Shown here: piece after piece, positions 10,319 to 21,866 of the stretch
Layout of the letters: every line of letters begins with the position of its first letter
Numbering within the stretch: position 1 is the stretch's first letter
Source of the DNA: an uncultured delta proteobacterium
GTDB lineage: Bacteria > Myxococcota > Myxococcia > Myxococcales > Myxococcaceae
Reading direction: 5' to 3'
Assembly: GCA_963771175.1 (NCBI GenBank)
Contig: CAVYSY010000024.1
Span: forward strand, 1-64,000
Length of the DNA: 64,000 bases
Notes under the pieces: generated by a model
Database searches by the model: none
What the model saw: only the letters and a program-made list of their open reading frames with translations
Told to the model about the DNA's origin: nothing
Position numbers and translations under genes: made by a program

Positions 10319-12439
10319 ATGAGCATCCGCCGCATTGATGGTCCCAAGCCGGCTGTCCGCCCCTCCCCTGCATCCGAGAGCCAGCCGAAGAACACGGCGA
10401 AGCCCACCTCGGGACCGAACGTCGTCAAGGACGGCTTCGAGACCACCGCGAAGCGGCCCACCGAGCTGGCGCGCGCGGAGCAGACGCTGACATCGCCGGT
10501 GCCTCCGCGCCCGGGCCGCCTCGCACTGAACAGCGTGGAAGCGCAGGCCGCCATCCAGACCTCGCTCGCCCACCTCTCCCCGTCGGGTGGCGGCCGGCAG
10601 ACGCTGGTCGCCACGCCCGCGAACTTCGCCCCGAAGAGCGTGGAGCGCGACGCGCTGGGCATGACACACGTGCGCCTGGACCGCCAGCACGAGGGCGTGA
10701 AGGTCTTCGGCGAGCAGGTCATCACCCACCTCGACAAGAACGGCAAGCTGGCCAGCGTCACGGGCGAGCAGTCCGTCATCCCCGCCGGCCTGGGCAGCCA
10801 GAAGCCCCAGCTCAGCCCCGCGCAGGCCATCGACATCGCCCGCCAGGAGTTCGGCGCCAGGCCGGACCGCCAGCCCCACGCCGAGCGCGTCATCTACCAG
10901 GACAAGGCCGGCACCTACCACTCGGCCTACCGCGTGGAGATTTCCCAGCTCGAGGGTCAGCAGAACCCCCGCCGCATGAACTACCTGCTCGACGCCAACA
11001 CCGGGAAGGTCTTCGAGAGCTTCAACGAGATTGACGGCTACTCCAGGAAGGTCTCCGCGGCGAAGCCCCAGGCCACCGCCACGCCCACCGAGGTGACGGC
11101 CACCGCCACGCCGAAGGCGCCCATCAAGGACCTGAGCACCGTCACCTCCAAGGTGAACGTGGCCGAGGACGTCACCGTCGACAAGCTGAAGCTCTCCCTG
11201 GACATCGCCCACACGTACAAGGGCGACCTGACCGTCACGCTGACGAGCCCCTCGGGCAAGAGCGCGGTGGTGCACGACCGCACCGGCGGCGGCACGGACA
11301 ACGTGAAGGGCGGCTTCGACCTGAGCGCCTTCGCGGGCGAGTCGGCCAAGGGCGAGTGGACCCTGTCGGTGAAGGACAACGCGCGGCGCGACACGGGCAC
11401 CCTCAACAGCTGGGGCCTCTCCATCACCCCGAAGGCCGCGCCCCCCTCCGAGCCGCCTCCGGCCAATGGCAAGGCGGACGACACCTCCATCTACAGCGGC
11501 AACGTGGACCTCTCGACGAAGAAGAACGCGGACGGCACCTACGGCCTCGAGGACTCCACGCGCGGCAAGGGCGTGGCCACCTACGACGGGATGAACCGCG
11601 AGAAGGCCAGCGGCCAGACGGGCTTCAAGGACAACAATGACGTCTGGGGCGAGGCCACCGACCCGGAGCGCGCCCGTGCCGCCGTCGACGCGCACTTCGG
11701 CGCGTCGATGACCTACGACATGATGAAGAACGTCCTCGGCCGTGACTCCATCGACGGCGCGGGCGAGAAGCTCGTCTCCTACGTCCACGTCAGCAAGGAC
11801 TTCGTCAACGCCTACTGGGACGGCGACAAGATGAGCTACGGCGACGGCGACGGTAAGGATGCCGGCCCGCTCACCGCGCTCGACATCGCCGGCCATGAAA
11901 TCGCCCACGGCCTCACCGAGCGCACCGCCGGCCTCATCTACCGCAACGAGTCCGGCGGCCTCAACGAGGCCATGAGCGACATCTTCGGCGCGGGCGTCGA
12001 GTGGTACGCCGCCCAGAAGAACCCGGGCGTCAAGTTCAACTGGACGGTGGGCGAGACGGCCTGGACGCCCGGCAACGGCAACGAGGACGGCCTGCGCTAC
12101 ATGGACGACCCGACGAAGGACGGCTACTCCATCGACAACTACAAGAACTACCCGCAGCAGACCGAGGTGCACGGCTCCAGCGGCATCGCCAACAACGCCT
12201 TCTACCTGCTGGCCAACGGCGGGACGAATCGCACCTCCGGCGCCGAGGTGAAGGACGGCATCGGCATGGAAAAGGGCCTGAAAATCTACTACCGCGCCCT
12301 GGCCCACTACATGACGCCCAACACCACTTTCGCCCAGGCCCGCGAGGCCACCCTCCAGGCCGCCACCGACCTCTACGGCGCCAACTCCCCCGAGGCCCAG
12401 AAGGTCAAGGAGAGCTGGAGCGCCGTCGGCGTGGAGTAG
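10319..12439 (+). CDS. M4 (thermolysin-like) metallopeptidase: FTP/PepSY propeptide, internal proprotein-convertase P domain, catalytic domain
   Basis: NAYWDG, HEIAH, GGLNEAMSD, VHGSSG. P domain: IAHTYKGDL...GEWTLSVKD...GTLNSWGL. Confidence 0.93.
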   Translation: MSIRRIDGPKPAVRPSPASESQPKNTAKPTSGPNVVKDGFETTAKRPTELARAEQTLTSPVPPRPGRLALNSVEAQAAIQTSLAHLSPSGGGRQTLVATPANFAPKSVERDALGMTHVRLDRQHEGVKVFGEQVITHLDKNGKLASVTGEQSVIPAGLGSQKPQLSPAQAIDIARQEFGARPDRQPHAERVIYQDKAGTYHSAYRVEISQLEGQQNPRRMNYLLDANTGKVFESFNEIDGYSRKVSAAKPQATATPTEVTATATPKAPIKDLSTVTSKVNVAEDVTVDKLKLSLDIAHTYKGDLTVTLTSPSGKSAVVHDRTGGGTDNVKGGFDLSAFAGESAKGEWTLSVKDNARRDTGTLNSWGLSITPKAAPPSEPPPANGKADDTSIYSGNVDLSTKKNADGTYGLEDSTRGKGVATYDGMNREKASGQTGFKDNNDVWGEATDPERARAAVDAHFGASMTYDMMKNVLGRDSIDGAGEKLVSYVHVSKDFVNAYWDGDKMSYGDGDGKDAGPLTALDIAGHEIAHGLTERTAGLIYRNESGGLNEAMSDIFGAGVEWYAAQKNPGVKFNWTVGETAWTPGNGNEDGLRYMDDPTKDGYSIDNYKNYPQQTEVHGSSGIANNAFYLLANGGTNRTSGAEVKDGIGMEKGLKIYYRALAHYMTPNTTFAQAREATLQAATDLYGANSPEAQKVKESWSAVGVE

Positions 12440-12480
12440 CCCTCGGGTCGCTGAGGAATCCCTTCAGGCGCCCTGCAATG

Positions 12481-13038
12481 TCACCTGCCCGTGGAGGTGT
12501 GCCGCCGAGCGAGCACGCCCTCGATGAATGAAGCCTTCGCACGCGTGTACGCCTCGCGCTCATTTCGATGGCGATCGGCGAGCTCCCGCTTGAGTGCTGC
12601 GTAGGCCTGGGTCGCCTCGGGGTCCGCGCGCAGCTGATCCCGGAACGACAGGAAGATGCTGAAGGGCGGCGTCGTGGGCACGACCAGATGCAGGTGCGCA
12701 TATCTGCGCCCGTCTTTCGGCAGCACGTAGAATCGGCGCCAGGGCTGGCCATCGCGCTCGACGGGGACGAAGTGCCACCCCGCTGCGGCCAGTGCGGGGT
12801 CGGGGTCGGGCGCGTAGTCTCGGACCCCCGCGAGCAGATCCAGGATGGGCTTGGCCTCGAGCCCGGGGACGGACGTGCTGCCCACGTGGTGGATGCCTGC
12901 CGCCAGGCGTGGACCCAGTACGCCTTCCAGCCGCGCGATCTCCTCGGCCGCCAACTCCGGCCAGCGTGGGTCAGGGGGAGCAATCTCAACGGACTCCTGG
13001 GCCCAGGCGGGGACGGGTCCGGCTTCAGGGGAGCTCAT
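12481..13038 (-). CDS. GrpB family protein
   Basis: [35 protein letters not shown]. Confidence 0.9.
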   Translation of the reverse strand: MSSPEAGPVPAWAQESVEIAPPDPRWPELAAEEIARLEGVLGPRLAAGIHHVGSTSVPGLEAKPILDLLAGVRDYAPDPDPALAAAGWHFVPVERDGQPWRRFYVLPKDGRRYAHLHLVVPTTPPFSIFLSFRDQLRADPEATQAYAALKRELADRHRNEREAYTRAKASFIEGVLARRHTSTGR

Positions 13039-13197
13039 GGGGACCCATTATACGCTGACTGCGCCAGCCCTCTGCCCGCAAGGCGTCCTCAGTTTCGCCT
13101 ATGCTCTTCGCTCACACGCACGTCCCTCCACGTCGGAGAGGACACAGATTCGGGCGCGTTGGCGACTTCTACAACGCACCACGCCAAGGAGATTTGC

Positions 13198-14784
<1,587 letters not shown>

Positions 14785-14787
14785 GCG

Positions 14788-15303
14788 TCAGCCCTCGACG
14801 CTGATCAGCAGTGGCTCCGGGAGCTGGCGCACCACACAATCTCCCGGGCCGCCATCCTCCCAGGCGAGCATGGCGAACTCCGCCGGGCCATCGAGCGCGA
14901 TGATGGGGTGGTGCCACACGCCGAGGTGGTAGTTCACGCCCTGGCCGGGGCCGCAGACGAACGCGGCGAGCCGCTCCACCTCCGGGCCGCCCGAGGGAGC
15001 GGTCGGCGCGACGCACACCAGGAACCGCGCGCAGACCATGGGCAGGAAGGCCTGGCTGGAGTGCGGGTGGTGCTCGAGCAGCTTCACCGTGAACGGCAGC
15101 TGCTGCGGCACCGAGCGGAACACCGCGAGGTTGGGCTTCGCGCCGCCGCGATCGCTCTCCAACCTCGCCGACCAGTCGAACCGCACCGCCGTGCCCTGGT
15201 TCGCCGACGAGCCGCTCTTCAGCCCCGCGGAGACGACGTCTCCATACGGCGCGAAGGCGTCCGGAGTCAGCGGCTGTGCGCGGATGACCCGAGGCGTACT
15301 CAT
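14788..15303 (-). CDS. allA: ureidoglycolate lyase
   Basis: LTPDAFAPYGDV, LLEHHPHSSQAF, QGVNYHLGVWHHP. Sits in a purine catabolic operon. Confidence 0.9.
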   Translation of the reverse strand: MSTPRVIRAQPLTPDAFAPYGDVVSAGLKSGSSANQGTAVRFDWSARLESDRGGAKPNLAVFRSVPQQLPFTVKLLEHHPHSSQAFLPMVCARFLVCVAPTAPSGGPEVERLAAFVCGPGQGVNYHLGVWHHPIIALDGPAEFAMLAWEDGGPGDCVVRQLPEPLLISVEG

Positions 15304-15631
15304 GAGCCGCGGTACGTCGAGAAGCCGAACGGGTTGAGCAACAGCGGCACGTGGAAGTGCTCCGAGGGCGCGTTCACCCGGAAGTCCACCGACACCGAGG
15401 GATAGAAGCTCTCGGTGCCGAGCCGCGCGTAGTAGGGCGCGACCTCGAAGGAGATCCGATACACGCCCGCCGAGGGGATCGACTCCAGCAGTGGCTTCAC
15501 GCGTCCGTCCGCGTTCGTCACCCCTCGGGCGAGCTCCTTCCACCCATTCTCCTGCTGCGCGTGCAGCGTCACCGTGACGCCCTCGCGGGGCGACCCCGGG
15601 AGGTGTCCAGGATGTGCGTGCTGATGCCCAT
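15300..15631 (-). CDS. uraH: 5-hydroxyisourate hydrolase (transthyretin-like); frameshift near 15595
   Basis: N-terminal ISTHILDT, TNADGR, HFHVPLLL and C-terminal YRGS. Confidence 0.92.
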
Positions 15632-15642
15632 GTGACTCTCCT

Positions 15643-16158
15643 TCAGCGTCCCGTCATCTGCTCGCGCAGCCACTTCTCGAGCCGCACGCGGGTGATCTTC
15701 GCCTGCTCCGCGGCGGCGGTCTCCACCTCCTCGGTCTTCTCTCGCTGCAACCGCTGCTCGAGGAGGGCCAGCATCTCCGGCGCGCTCTTCCCCGTCGCGA
15801 AGACGATGAAGATGAACCCGAACTTCTCGAAGTACTCGTCGTTCAGCTTCGCGAGCCGCTCCAGGGTCTCGGTGTCCGCCTGCGCCACCGCGCGCTGCTC
15901 ACCCTTGCACCATTCCGCGGACTTCTCGCTCTGGGGCGCCGCCTTCTTGTTCTGACCGATGCGCGGGTGCGCGGCGAAGGCCTCGAGGAAGTCCTTCGCC
16001 CCGAGCGACCACCACACCGCCTCCGCCGCCGCGAAGAGGGCACGCACGCTCGCGAACGGCCGCCGCGCGCTCATCCCGTCGACCCAGGCGAGCGAGCCGC
16101 AGAAGGACTGAAGCACCGTGCGCGCCTCCGACTCACCGAGCGCGTTCAAGCGCCGCAT
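15643..16158 (-). CDS. uraD: OHCU decarboxylase (possibly the C-terminal domain of an allantoicase fusion)
   Basis: AHPRIG, EQRAV, YFEKFGFIFIVFA, EQAKITRVRL. Confidence 0.9.
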   Translation of the reverse strand: MRRLNALGESEARTVLQSFCGSLAWVDGMSARRPFASVRALFAAAEAVWWSLGAKDFLEAFAAHPRIGQNKKAAPQSEKSAEWCKGEQRAVAQADTETLERLAKLNDEYFEKFGFIFIVFATGKSAPEMLALLEQRLQREKTEEVETAAAEQAKITRVRLEKWLREQMTGR

Positions 16159-17216
16159 CGCCGAGGCCTCCGCCTCGGTGTCGAGCGCAGTACCCGAAGA
16201 GCCGCAGCCGGTTCACGCCACCGTGCGGGAAGATGTGCACGCGCACGTGCGTGACGGGCATGGGGTAGCTCGGCTCGAGCTGGTGGCGCCGGTGCTGAAC
16301 GAGCGCCGTCTTGTCCACGAGCACGACGCCAGCCACTCGGCGCGCGGACGGAGCAGCCGCTCGCAGCGCGTCCGCGGACGATACCGCTGGCGTCCAGCGG
16401 CCTCGATGAGCGTCGCCTGCGGCGCGTTGCCCTTGAAGAAGTGCGTGTCGAGCTCGATGCGCTCGAGGACGCCGCGCCGCGCCGAGCCTCACCACGCACC
16501 AGTCGCTGCCCGGCGTGCGCCGCCGCTTCGTCTCCCAGCCGTCGCCCATGTTCACGCCGCGTCCCGGCAGGAGCAGGTTCGACGGCGGGCCGAAGAACTG
16601 GTCGCTCTTCGCCGGCGATGGTGCCGCCGTTCTCGATCGCCGCCAGGTCGACGCTGCCCGAGCGCCAGAACGTGCGCGTCCTCGGCGAGCACGACGCCGT
16701 AGACGCGCAGGCGGGCCACGCCGCCGTCCGGGTAGATGTGCAGCCGCACGTGGGTGACGCGCGGGCTCGCCTTCGCGAGCGCGAAGACGTTCGGGAAGTC
16801 CGGCTTCACCGCGCTCTGGTCGATCAGCGGAAACCACCGGCTCGTCCTCCAGGAGCGTCTGCGCCGGGGTAGCGGTGTACGGCGCCTCGATGCCCTCGAG
16901 GGACGATCTGCTGAGGCGCGTTGCCCTTGAAGTGGGTCGTGTCGACGAGCGCTCCACGCACGCTCCCTGGCGCGCCCAGCCGGATGATGGCGAAGTCGTG
17001 GCCGGGCTCGCGCTTGCGCTGCGACTCCCAGCCGTCCATCCACTTGCCCTTATCGGTGTACTCGCCCTCGAGCCACACCGGAGGGCCCGGCTTGAGCAGG
17101 TTCTCCTTCTCGGCGAAGTAGTCGTCGGTCGCGTAGAGCACGAACGTTCCGAGCAAGTCGGCCGAGAGATCCACGAGTCCCTTGAACTCCACGGGGACGG
17201 GCTGATGCGTCGACAC
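16133..17216 (-). CDS. alc: allantoicase; several frameshifts
   Basis: Two allantoicase repeats spread across frames: WMDGWESQRKR...DTTHFKGNAP...HIYPDGGVARLRVYG and MGDGWETKRRR...HIFPHGGVNRLRLFG. Confidence 0.88.
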
Positions 17217-17219
17217 GGG

Positions 17220-18578
17220 TTACCTCCGAACCGCCACGAAGCGGCCAACAGTGGCCGGGGGCTGGGCGGAGGCCGAGTCATACGCCATCCGGCCGCCCAC
17301 GAGGGTTTTCTTCACCTGTCCGAAGAGCCGCCGGCCGGCGTACGGCGTCACATGGTGCCGGTGGCGGAGGGCCTCGGGTTGGACGTCAAAGCTCGCCGCA
17401 TCGTCCCAGAGGACCAGGTCCGCGTCATAGCCGGGAGCGAGCCGCCCCTTCCGGTCCGAGACACCCACGAGCCGCGCCGGGCCCTCGACGTTCCAGCGGA
17501 GCATCTGCTCCACCGAGTGGCCGCGCGCCCTGGCCAGCGTCCAGAGCACCGACAGCCCGAGTTGCAGCGAGCTGATGCCACCCCACGCCTGGAGGAAGTC
17601 GCCGACCTCCGGCTTCTTCAGCGCGGGCGTGCACGGCGAGTGGTCCGAGACCACCATGGCGATCGTCCCGTCCTCGAGCCCGCGCCAGAGCAGCTCGCGG
17701 TTCTCCGCCTCGCGGATGGGCGGCGCGCACTTGAAGCTCGTCGCGCCCGCGGCGATCTCCTCCGCGGTGAAGGCGAGGTAGTGCAGGCATGTCTCGGCGG
17801 AGATCTGCACGCCGTCCTGTTGCGCGGCGCGGATCATCGGCAGTGCGGAGGCGCTCGAGAGGTGCACGATGTGCGCGCGAGCCCGGTGCTTGCGGCACAG
17901 GTCGATGACCATCGCGATCGCCTCGTCCTCCGCCGAGCGCGGCCGGGAGCGGAGGTACGTGCGGTAGTCGCGCGGATCCTTCCCGGCGACTTCCCGCTCC
18001 GCGGCCTCGAGCGGGCCCGGCGCCTCCGCGTGGACGAGCAGGGTCAGCCCCAGGTCCCGGAGCCGAGGCAGTGCCACCTCGAGGTCCGCGCGCGTGACAT
18101 GCGGGAACTCATCCACCCCGGACGGGCAGGTGAAGCACTTGCAGCCGGGCACGCCGAACTTCGCCAGGCCGTCGAGCGCGTCCACGTTCCCCGGAATCAC
18201 GCCGCCCCAGAACGCCACATCGACGTGCAGCTTGCCCTCGAGCGCCGCGAGCTTCGCCTCGGCCGCCTCGCGGGTGGTGGTCGCGGGAATGCAGTTCAGC
18301 GGCATGTCGACGACGGTGGTGATGCCACCCGCCGCGGCGGCCGCGGTGGCCGTCTCGAAGCCTTCCCACTCGGTGCGCCCGGGCTCGTTGATGTGGACGT
18401 GGCTGTCGACGATGCCGGGCGTGACGAGCAGGTCGCCAGCGTCGAGGACGTTCGCGCCTGGAGCGGGGGCGTCCACCGCCTCCACCTTGGAAATCCTTCC
18501 GTCCTGGATGTGAACCGATGCGGGACGAAGACCCTGCGGCGTGAGCACGCGACGGCCACGCACGATGAACGGCTGCAT
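17220..18578 (-). CDS. allB: allantoinase
   Basis: DSHVHINEPGRTEWEGF, DMPLN, FKCAPPIR, SDHSPC, AWGGISSLQ. Confidence 0.94.
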   Translation of the reverse strand: MQPFIVRGRRVLTPQGLRPASVHIQDGRISKVEAVDAPAPGANVLDAGDLLVTPGIVDSHVHINEPGRTEWEGFETATAAAAAGGITTVVDMPLNCIPATTTREAAEAKLAALEGKLHVDVAFWGGVIPGNVDALDGLAKFGVPGCKCFTCPSGVDEFPHVTRADLEVALPRLRDLGLTLLVHAEAPGPLEAAEREVAGKDPRDYRTYLRSRPRSAEDEAIAMVIDLCRKHRARAHIVHLSSASALPMIRAAQQDGVQISAETCLHYLAFTAEEIAAGATSFKCAPPIREAENRELLWRGLEDGTIAMVVSDHSPCTPALKKPEVGDFLQAWGGISSLQLGLSVLWTLARARGHSVEQMLRWNVEGPARLVGVSDRKGRLAPGYDADLVLWDDAASFDVQPEALRHRHHVTPYAGRRLFGQVKKTLVGGRMAYDSASAQPPATVGRFVAVRR

Positions 18579-18603
18579 CTGTTTTCCCTCCGGGTTCTCT
18601 ACC

Positions 18604-20178
18604 TTACGCGCCGAAGGCTCGGATGAGCTTCACGAGGCCGTCCAGCGTCTTGGCATCCTCGACGAGCGTGGGGTTCGGCGGCATCACCGGGCTCTTCCCC
18701 ACCGCCGCACCGCCCTCCAGGATGATCTTCTTGAGGGCCTCGTCGGAGACGCTCTGCTGCCAGGACTTGTCGTTGAAGTTGCGAGGCTTCGGGTTCAGCG
18801 CCGCCGAGACCGCGCCATCGCCGCCACCCTTCGGACCGTGGCAGGTGCTGCACACGTTGGCGAAGTAGGTGCGCGACGACTCCGGCACATCCACCGCATT
18901 CAGCGCGCTCACCGTCGCGGCATCGGGAGGAGGCGGAGCGGGAATGATCGGAGGCGCGGCCAGCTCGGGCATCTTCGCGCCCTCGGGCACCTGCCCGCCC
19001 TGGGCGAACCACGCTCCGACCAGGGCGCGCTCCTCGTCCGTCATGCCCGTGAGGTTGCCGAGTGGCATCGTCTTGGTGGCCACCGCGCGGACGAAGACGC
19101 GCTCCGCGTGGGAGCGGATGGCGTCCGGCGTGTTCAGGATGATGCCCTGCGGCGGCGCGGGGAACATCGGGCTCGAGGGGCGTGCCGCGTGGCAGGTGGC
19201 GCAGCGGGTCTGCATCACGGAGGCCACCTCCTCGAACTTCACCTGCGGCTTGCCCGCGAACTGCTCGAGCGCGGGATCCGGAGGCGGCCGCGTCAGCACC
19301 ATCACCCCGAGGAGCGCGAGGGCCGTGCCCGCCCACGTCACCGGCGGCGTCCTGGTGCGGAAGTTCATCGCGTACTTCAGCCCCACGCCGACGATGAACA
19401 ACAACCCCAACACCAGCCACGGCCGCGAGCTGCCGTAGGTGCTCGGGAAGTGGTTGGAGATCATCGTGAACAGCACGGGCAGCGTCAGGTAGTGGTTCTG
19501 GATGGAGCGGCCCTTGGCACGCAGGCCGTAGCTCGTATCGACCGGCTTGCCCTCGCGGGTCATCGCGAGCATGTGCCGTTGCGCCGGGATGATCCGGAAG
19601 AACACGTTCGCGGCCATGATCGTGCCGAGCGTGGCACCCACCTGGAGGAACGCGCCGCGGGCGCTGAAGACGCGGGTGAGCGCGTACGCCAATCCGGTGA
19701 TCAGCACGAGCCCCACCGCGGCGAACGCCCGGTTGTTCTTCGACAGCGGCGTCCTCCAGAGCAGCTCGTACACGCCGTACGCGAGCGGCAGGAGGCCCAG
19801 GCTGATGGCCAGCGCCTGCGCGTGGGTGAGCGGGTAGACGCTCGGATCAATGAGCAGCGACGCACCGTTGAGGTGGAAGACGATGACGAGCAGCAGGAAG
19901 CCGCTGATCCACGTCGTGTAGCTCTCCCACTTGAACCAGTGGAGCGTGGCCGGCAGCTCGCCCTGGGCGAGCGACTTGCGCTTCACCACCTCGTAGAAGC
20001 CGCCGCTGTGGGTCATCCACAGCTCGCCGGTGACATCGCCCTCGCGAGGGCGGCTCGGAGCGGTGAGGTGGCTGTCGAGCCACATGAAGAGGAACGAATC
20101 TCCAATCCACATGATGGCCGCGATCACATGGACCCAGCGGACCAGGAGGTTCAACCATTCTTGGAAGACGGCGTACAT
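18604..20178 (-). CDS. puuD: membrane urate hydroxylase PuuD with two C-terminal c-type cytochrome domains
   Basis: RWVHVIAAIMWIG, HSGGFY, LHWFKWESYTTWISG, NHYLTLPVLFTMISNHFP. Heme motifs CATCH and CSTCH. Confidence 0.9.
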   Translation of the reverse strand: MYAVFQEWLNLLVRWVHVIAAIMWIGDSFLFMWLDSHLTAPSRPREGDVTGELWMTHSGGFYEVVKRKSLAQGELPATLHWFKWESYTTWISGFLLLVIVFHLNGASLLIDPSVYPLTHAQALAISLGLLPLAYGVYELLWRTPLSKNNRAFAAVGLVLITGLAYALTRVFSARGAFLQVGATLGTIMAANVFFRIIPAQRHMLAMTREGKPVDTSYGLRAKGRSIQNHYLTLPVLFTMISNHFPSTYGSSRPWLVLGLLFIVGVGLKYAMNFRTRTPPVTWAGTALALLGVMVLTRPPPDPALEQFAGKPQVKFEEVASVMQTRCATCHAARPSSPMFPAPPQGIILNTPDAIRSHAERVFVRAVATKTMPLGNLTGMTDEERALVGAWFAQGGQVPEGAKMPELAAPPIIPAPPPPDAATVSALNAVDVPESSRTYFANVCSTCHGPKGGGDGAVSAALNPKPRNFNDKSWQQSVSDEALKKIILEGGAAVGKSPVMPPNPTLVEDAKTLDGLVKLIRAFGA

Positions 20179-20301
20179 GGGGCGGGACTCTACCTCGTTT
20201 CCCCCCGGGTTCCGAGGGGGAACCCCGGCACATGAGAGGACGGGGACCCTGTTGAAGGGGGAAAAGGTGGAGCCGGAAAAAGCGAGCCTCCCTCAAGCGG
20301 G

Positions 20302-21006
20302 TCAGGGTTGAAGCGGATGTTCATGGGGCGCGAGCCCTACCTCCGCGCTCTCCCTCGAACCACGGCACGGCAGCGGGGAGATCGTGAGCGTGGTGCATGG
20401 ATTCATTTCCCGGGCCGGGGGATGAGCTCGTCCCCGGACGAGCACCGCGGGCAGACCCGGCACCTTGAGGAACTCGACGTGCGTGGGGCGCGGCGTCACT
20501 TCAGGCCAGCCGGGCCTCGCGAGGGCCTCCAGCAGCTCCGTCACCGGGTACTGGAAGGACTCCACTCGCGCGGCTCCCACCAGCGGCTCCTGCCCCCACG
20601 CGAGCGCGATGCGCAGCCGCTCGCAGCGCGCCAGCTCCGGCACGTACACGGGCAGCCCCGCCGGTGCGCTCCGCTCCAGGTAGCGGCAGAAGGAGACCGC
20701 CTCCTCACGGTTGAGCAATTCCGGCAGCACGTCCGCCAGGAAGCCCTCCAGCACCGCGCCGAGCTCGGGCCGCAGCGCCGGGTCCACCCACGGCAGGTGC
20801 TCACGAACCCGCGTCACCCGGTGGTGGTCCATCAGCCTCCCGGCGCGCTCCACGTCCACCCTGTTGATGCGCGCCAGCCGCTCGCGCTCCTCGGGCGCCA
20901 GTGACAGCGCGCCGAGCGCCTCCGGGGCGTCTCGCAGGTAGGACGCACGAAAGCGCGGATCCACGTGCAGCCGCGCCAACACCTCGAGCATCTGTGGGTA
21001 GCCCAT
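20302..21006 (-). CDS. putative MNIO partner protein (DUF2063/HvfC-like role); 3' end uncertain, possible indel near 20430
   Basis: Directly downstream of DUF692. LARLHVDPRFRASYLRD N-terminus and YVPELARCE motif. Confidence 0.6.
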   Translation of the reverse strand: MGYPQMLEVLARLHVDPRFRASYLRDAPEALGALSLAPEERERLARINRVDVERAGRLMDHHRVTRVREHLPWVDPALRPELGAVLEGFLADVLPELLNREEAVSFCRYLERSAPAGLPVYVPELARCERLRIALAWGQEPLVGAARVESFQYPVTELLEALARPGWPEVTPRPTHVEFLKVPGLPAVLVRGRAHPPAREMNPCTTLTISPLPCRGSRESAEVGLAPHEHPLQP

Positions 21007-21022
21007 TCTCCGCTCCTCATGT

Positions 21023-21853
21023 TCAGGCTGCGTGTGCACCGTGGCGACGGAGGATGGCGCGGGCTCGCGCCAGCTCCTCCACCAGCCTCTCGAAGGGCGG
21101 GAAGTTGCTGTCCATCTCGAAGTTCACGCCCCGCACCGGACAGCGCGGCGCCACGTACTCCAGCAGCCGCCACACCTCCTCTGGCGAGCACTCCGAGTGG
21201 CTGTCCAGCCGCAGCCCCTCCATCGTCGTGCCGCCCGCGAGGTGAATCTGCACCACCCGCTCCAGCGGCAGCTTCTCCAGATAGCGGTACGGGTCGAACC
21301 TCCGGTTCACCGCGTTGCAGTGCAGGTTGTGCAAGTCCAGCAGCAGCCCGCAGTCCGCCTCCGTCACCACGCGCCGCAGGAAGTCCGCCTCGTCCAGCGT
21401 GGACTGCCCGTCATCAAACAGCCAGGCGATGTTCTCCACCACGAAGGGCCGGCCCAGCTCCGCCTGCACCCGGCGGATGTTGCGCACGCACGTCTCCAGC
21501 GCCTCCTCCACCCGAGGCACCGGCGTGAGGGCGCGCAGCGGCAGCCCGCCCACGCGCGTGAAGCACAGGTGGTCCCCGTGCCACACGCTCTTCGTCAGCC
21601 GCGCCACCCGTTCCACCCCCTCGCGGTAGCCCGGCGCGTCCACCCCGTCCGAGCCCACTGACAGCTCCAGGCTGTGACCCGCAATCGGGAAGCGCCTCGC
21701 CAGCAGCTCCAGCCGCCGCTGCGCATCCTCCGTGAGCGGCAGGAAGTGCTCCGGTGTCACCTCCAGCCAGTCCACGCCCGGGTTGCCTCGCGCCAGGTGC
21801 GGCTGCAACTCCCAGCGGTAGCTCAGCCCCACTCCAATGAAGGGAATGCCCAT
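21023..21853 (-). CDS. DUF692 family multinuclear non-heme iron oxidative enzyme (MNIO)
   Basis: DWLEVTPEHF, GHSLELSVG, GDHLCF, VENI, LLLDLHNL, QIHLAGG, DSHS, FEMD. Confidence 0.92.
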   Translation of the reverse strand: MGIPFIGVGLSYRWELQPHLARGNPGVDWLEVTPEHFLPLTEDAQRRLELLARRFPIAGHSLELSVGSDGVDAPGYREGVERVARLTKSVWHGDHLCFTRVGGLPLRALTPVPRVEEALETCVRNIRRVQAELGRPFVVENIAWLFDDGQSTLDEADFLRRVVTEADCGLLLDLHNLHCNAVNRRFDPYRYLEKLPLERVVQIHLAGGTTMEGLRLDSHSECSPEEVWRLLEYVAPRCPVRGVNFEMDSNFPPFERLVEELARARAILRRHGAHAA

Positions 21854-21866
21854 GGCCCGCCTCCTC

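Noticed and set aside
20180..20330. Possible xanthine (NMT1-motif) riboswitch upstream of puuD; a GC hairpin lies at ~20197-20224
   Set aside because: I could not find the conserved core of that motif by eye. It needs an Infernal/Rfam scan.
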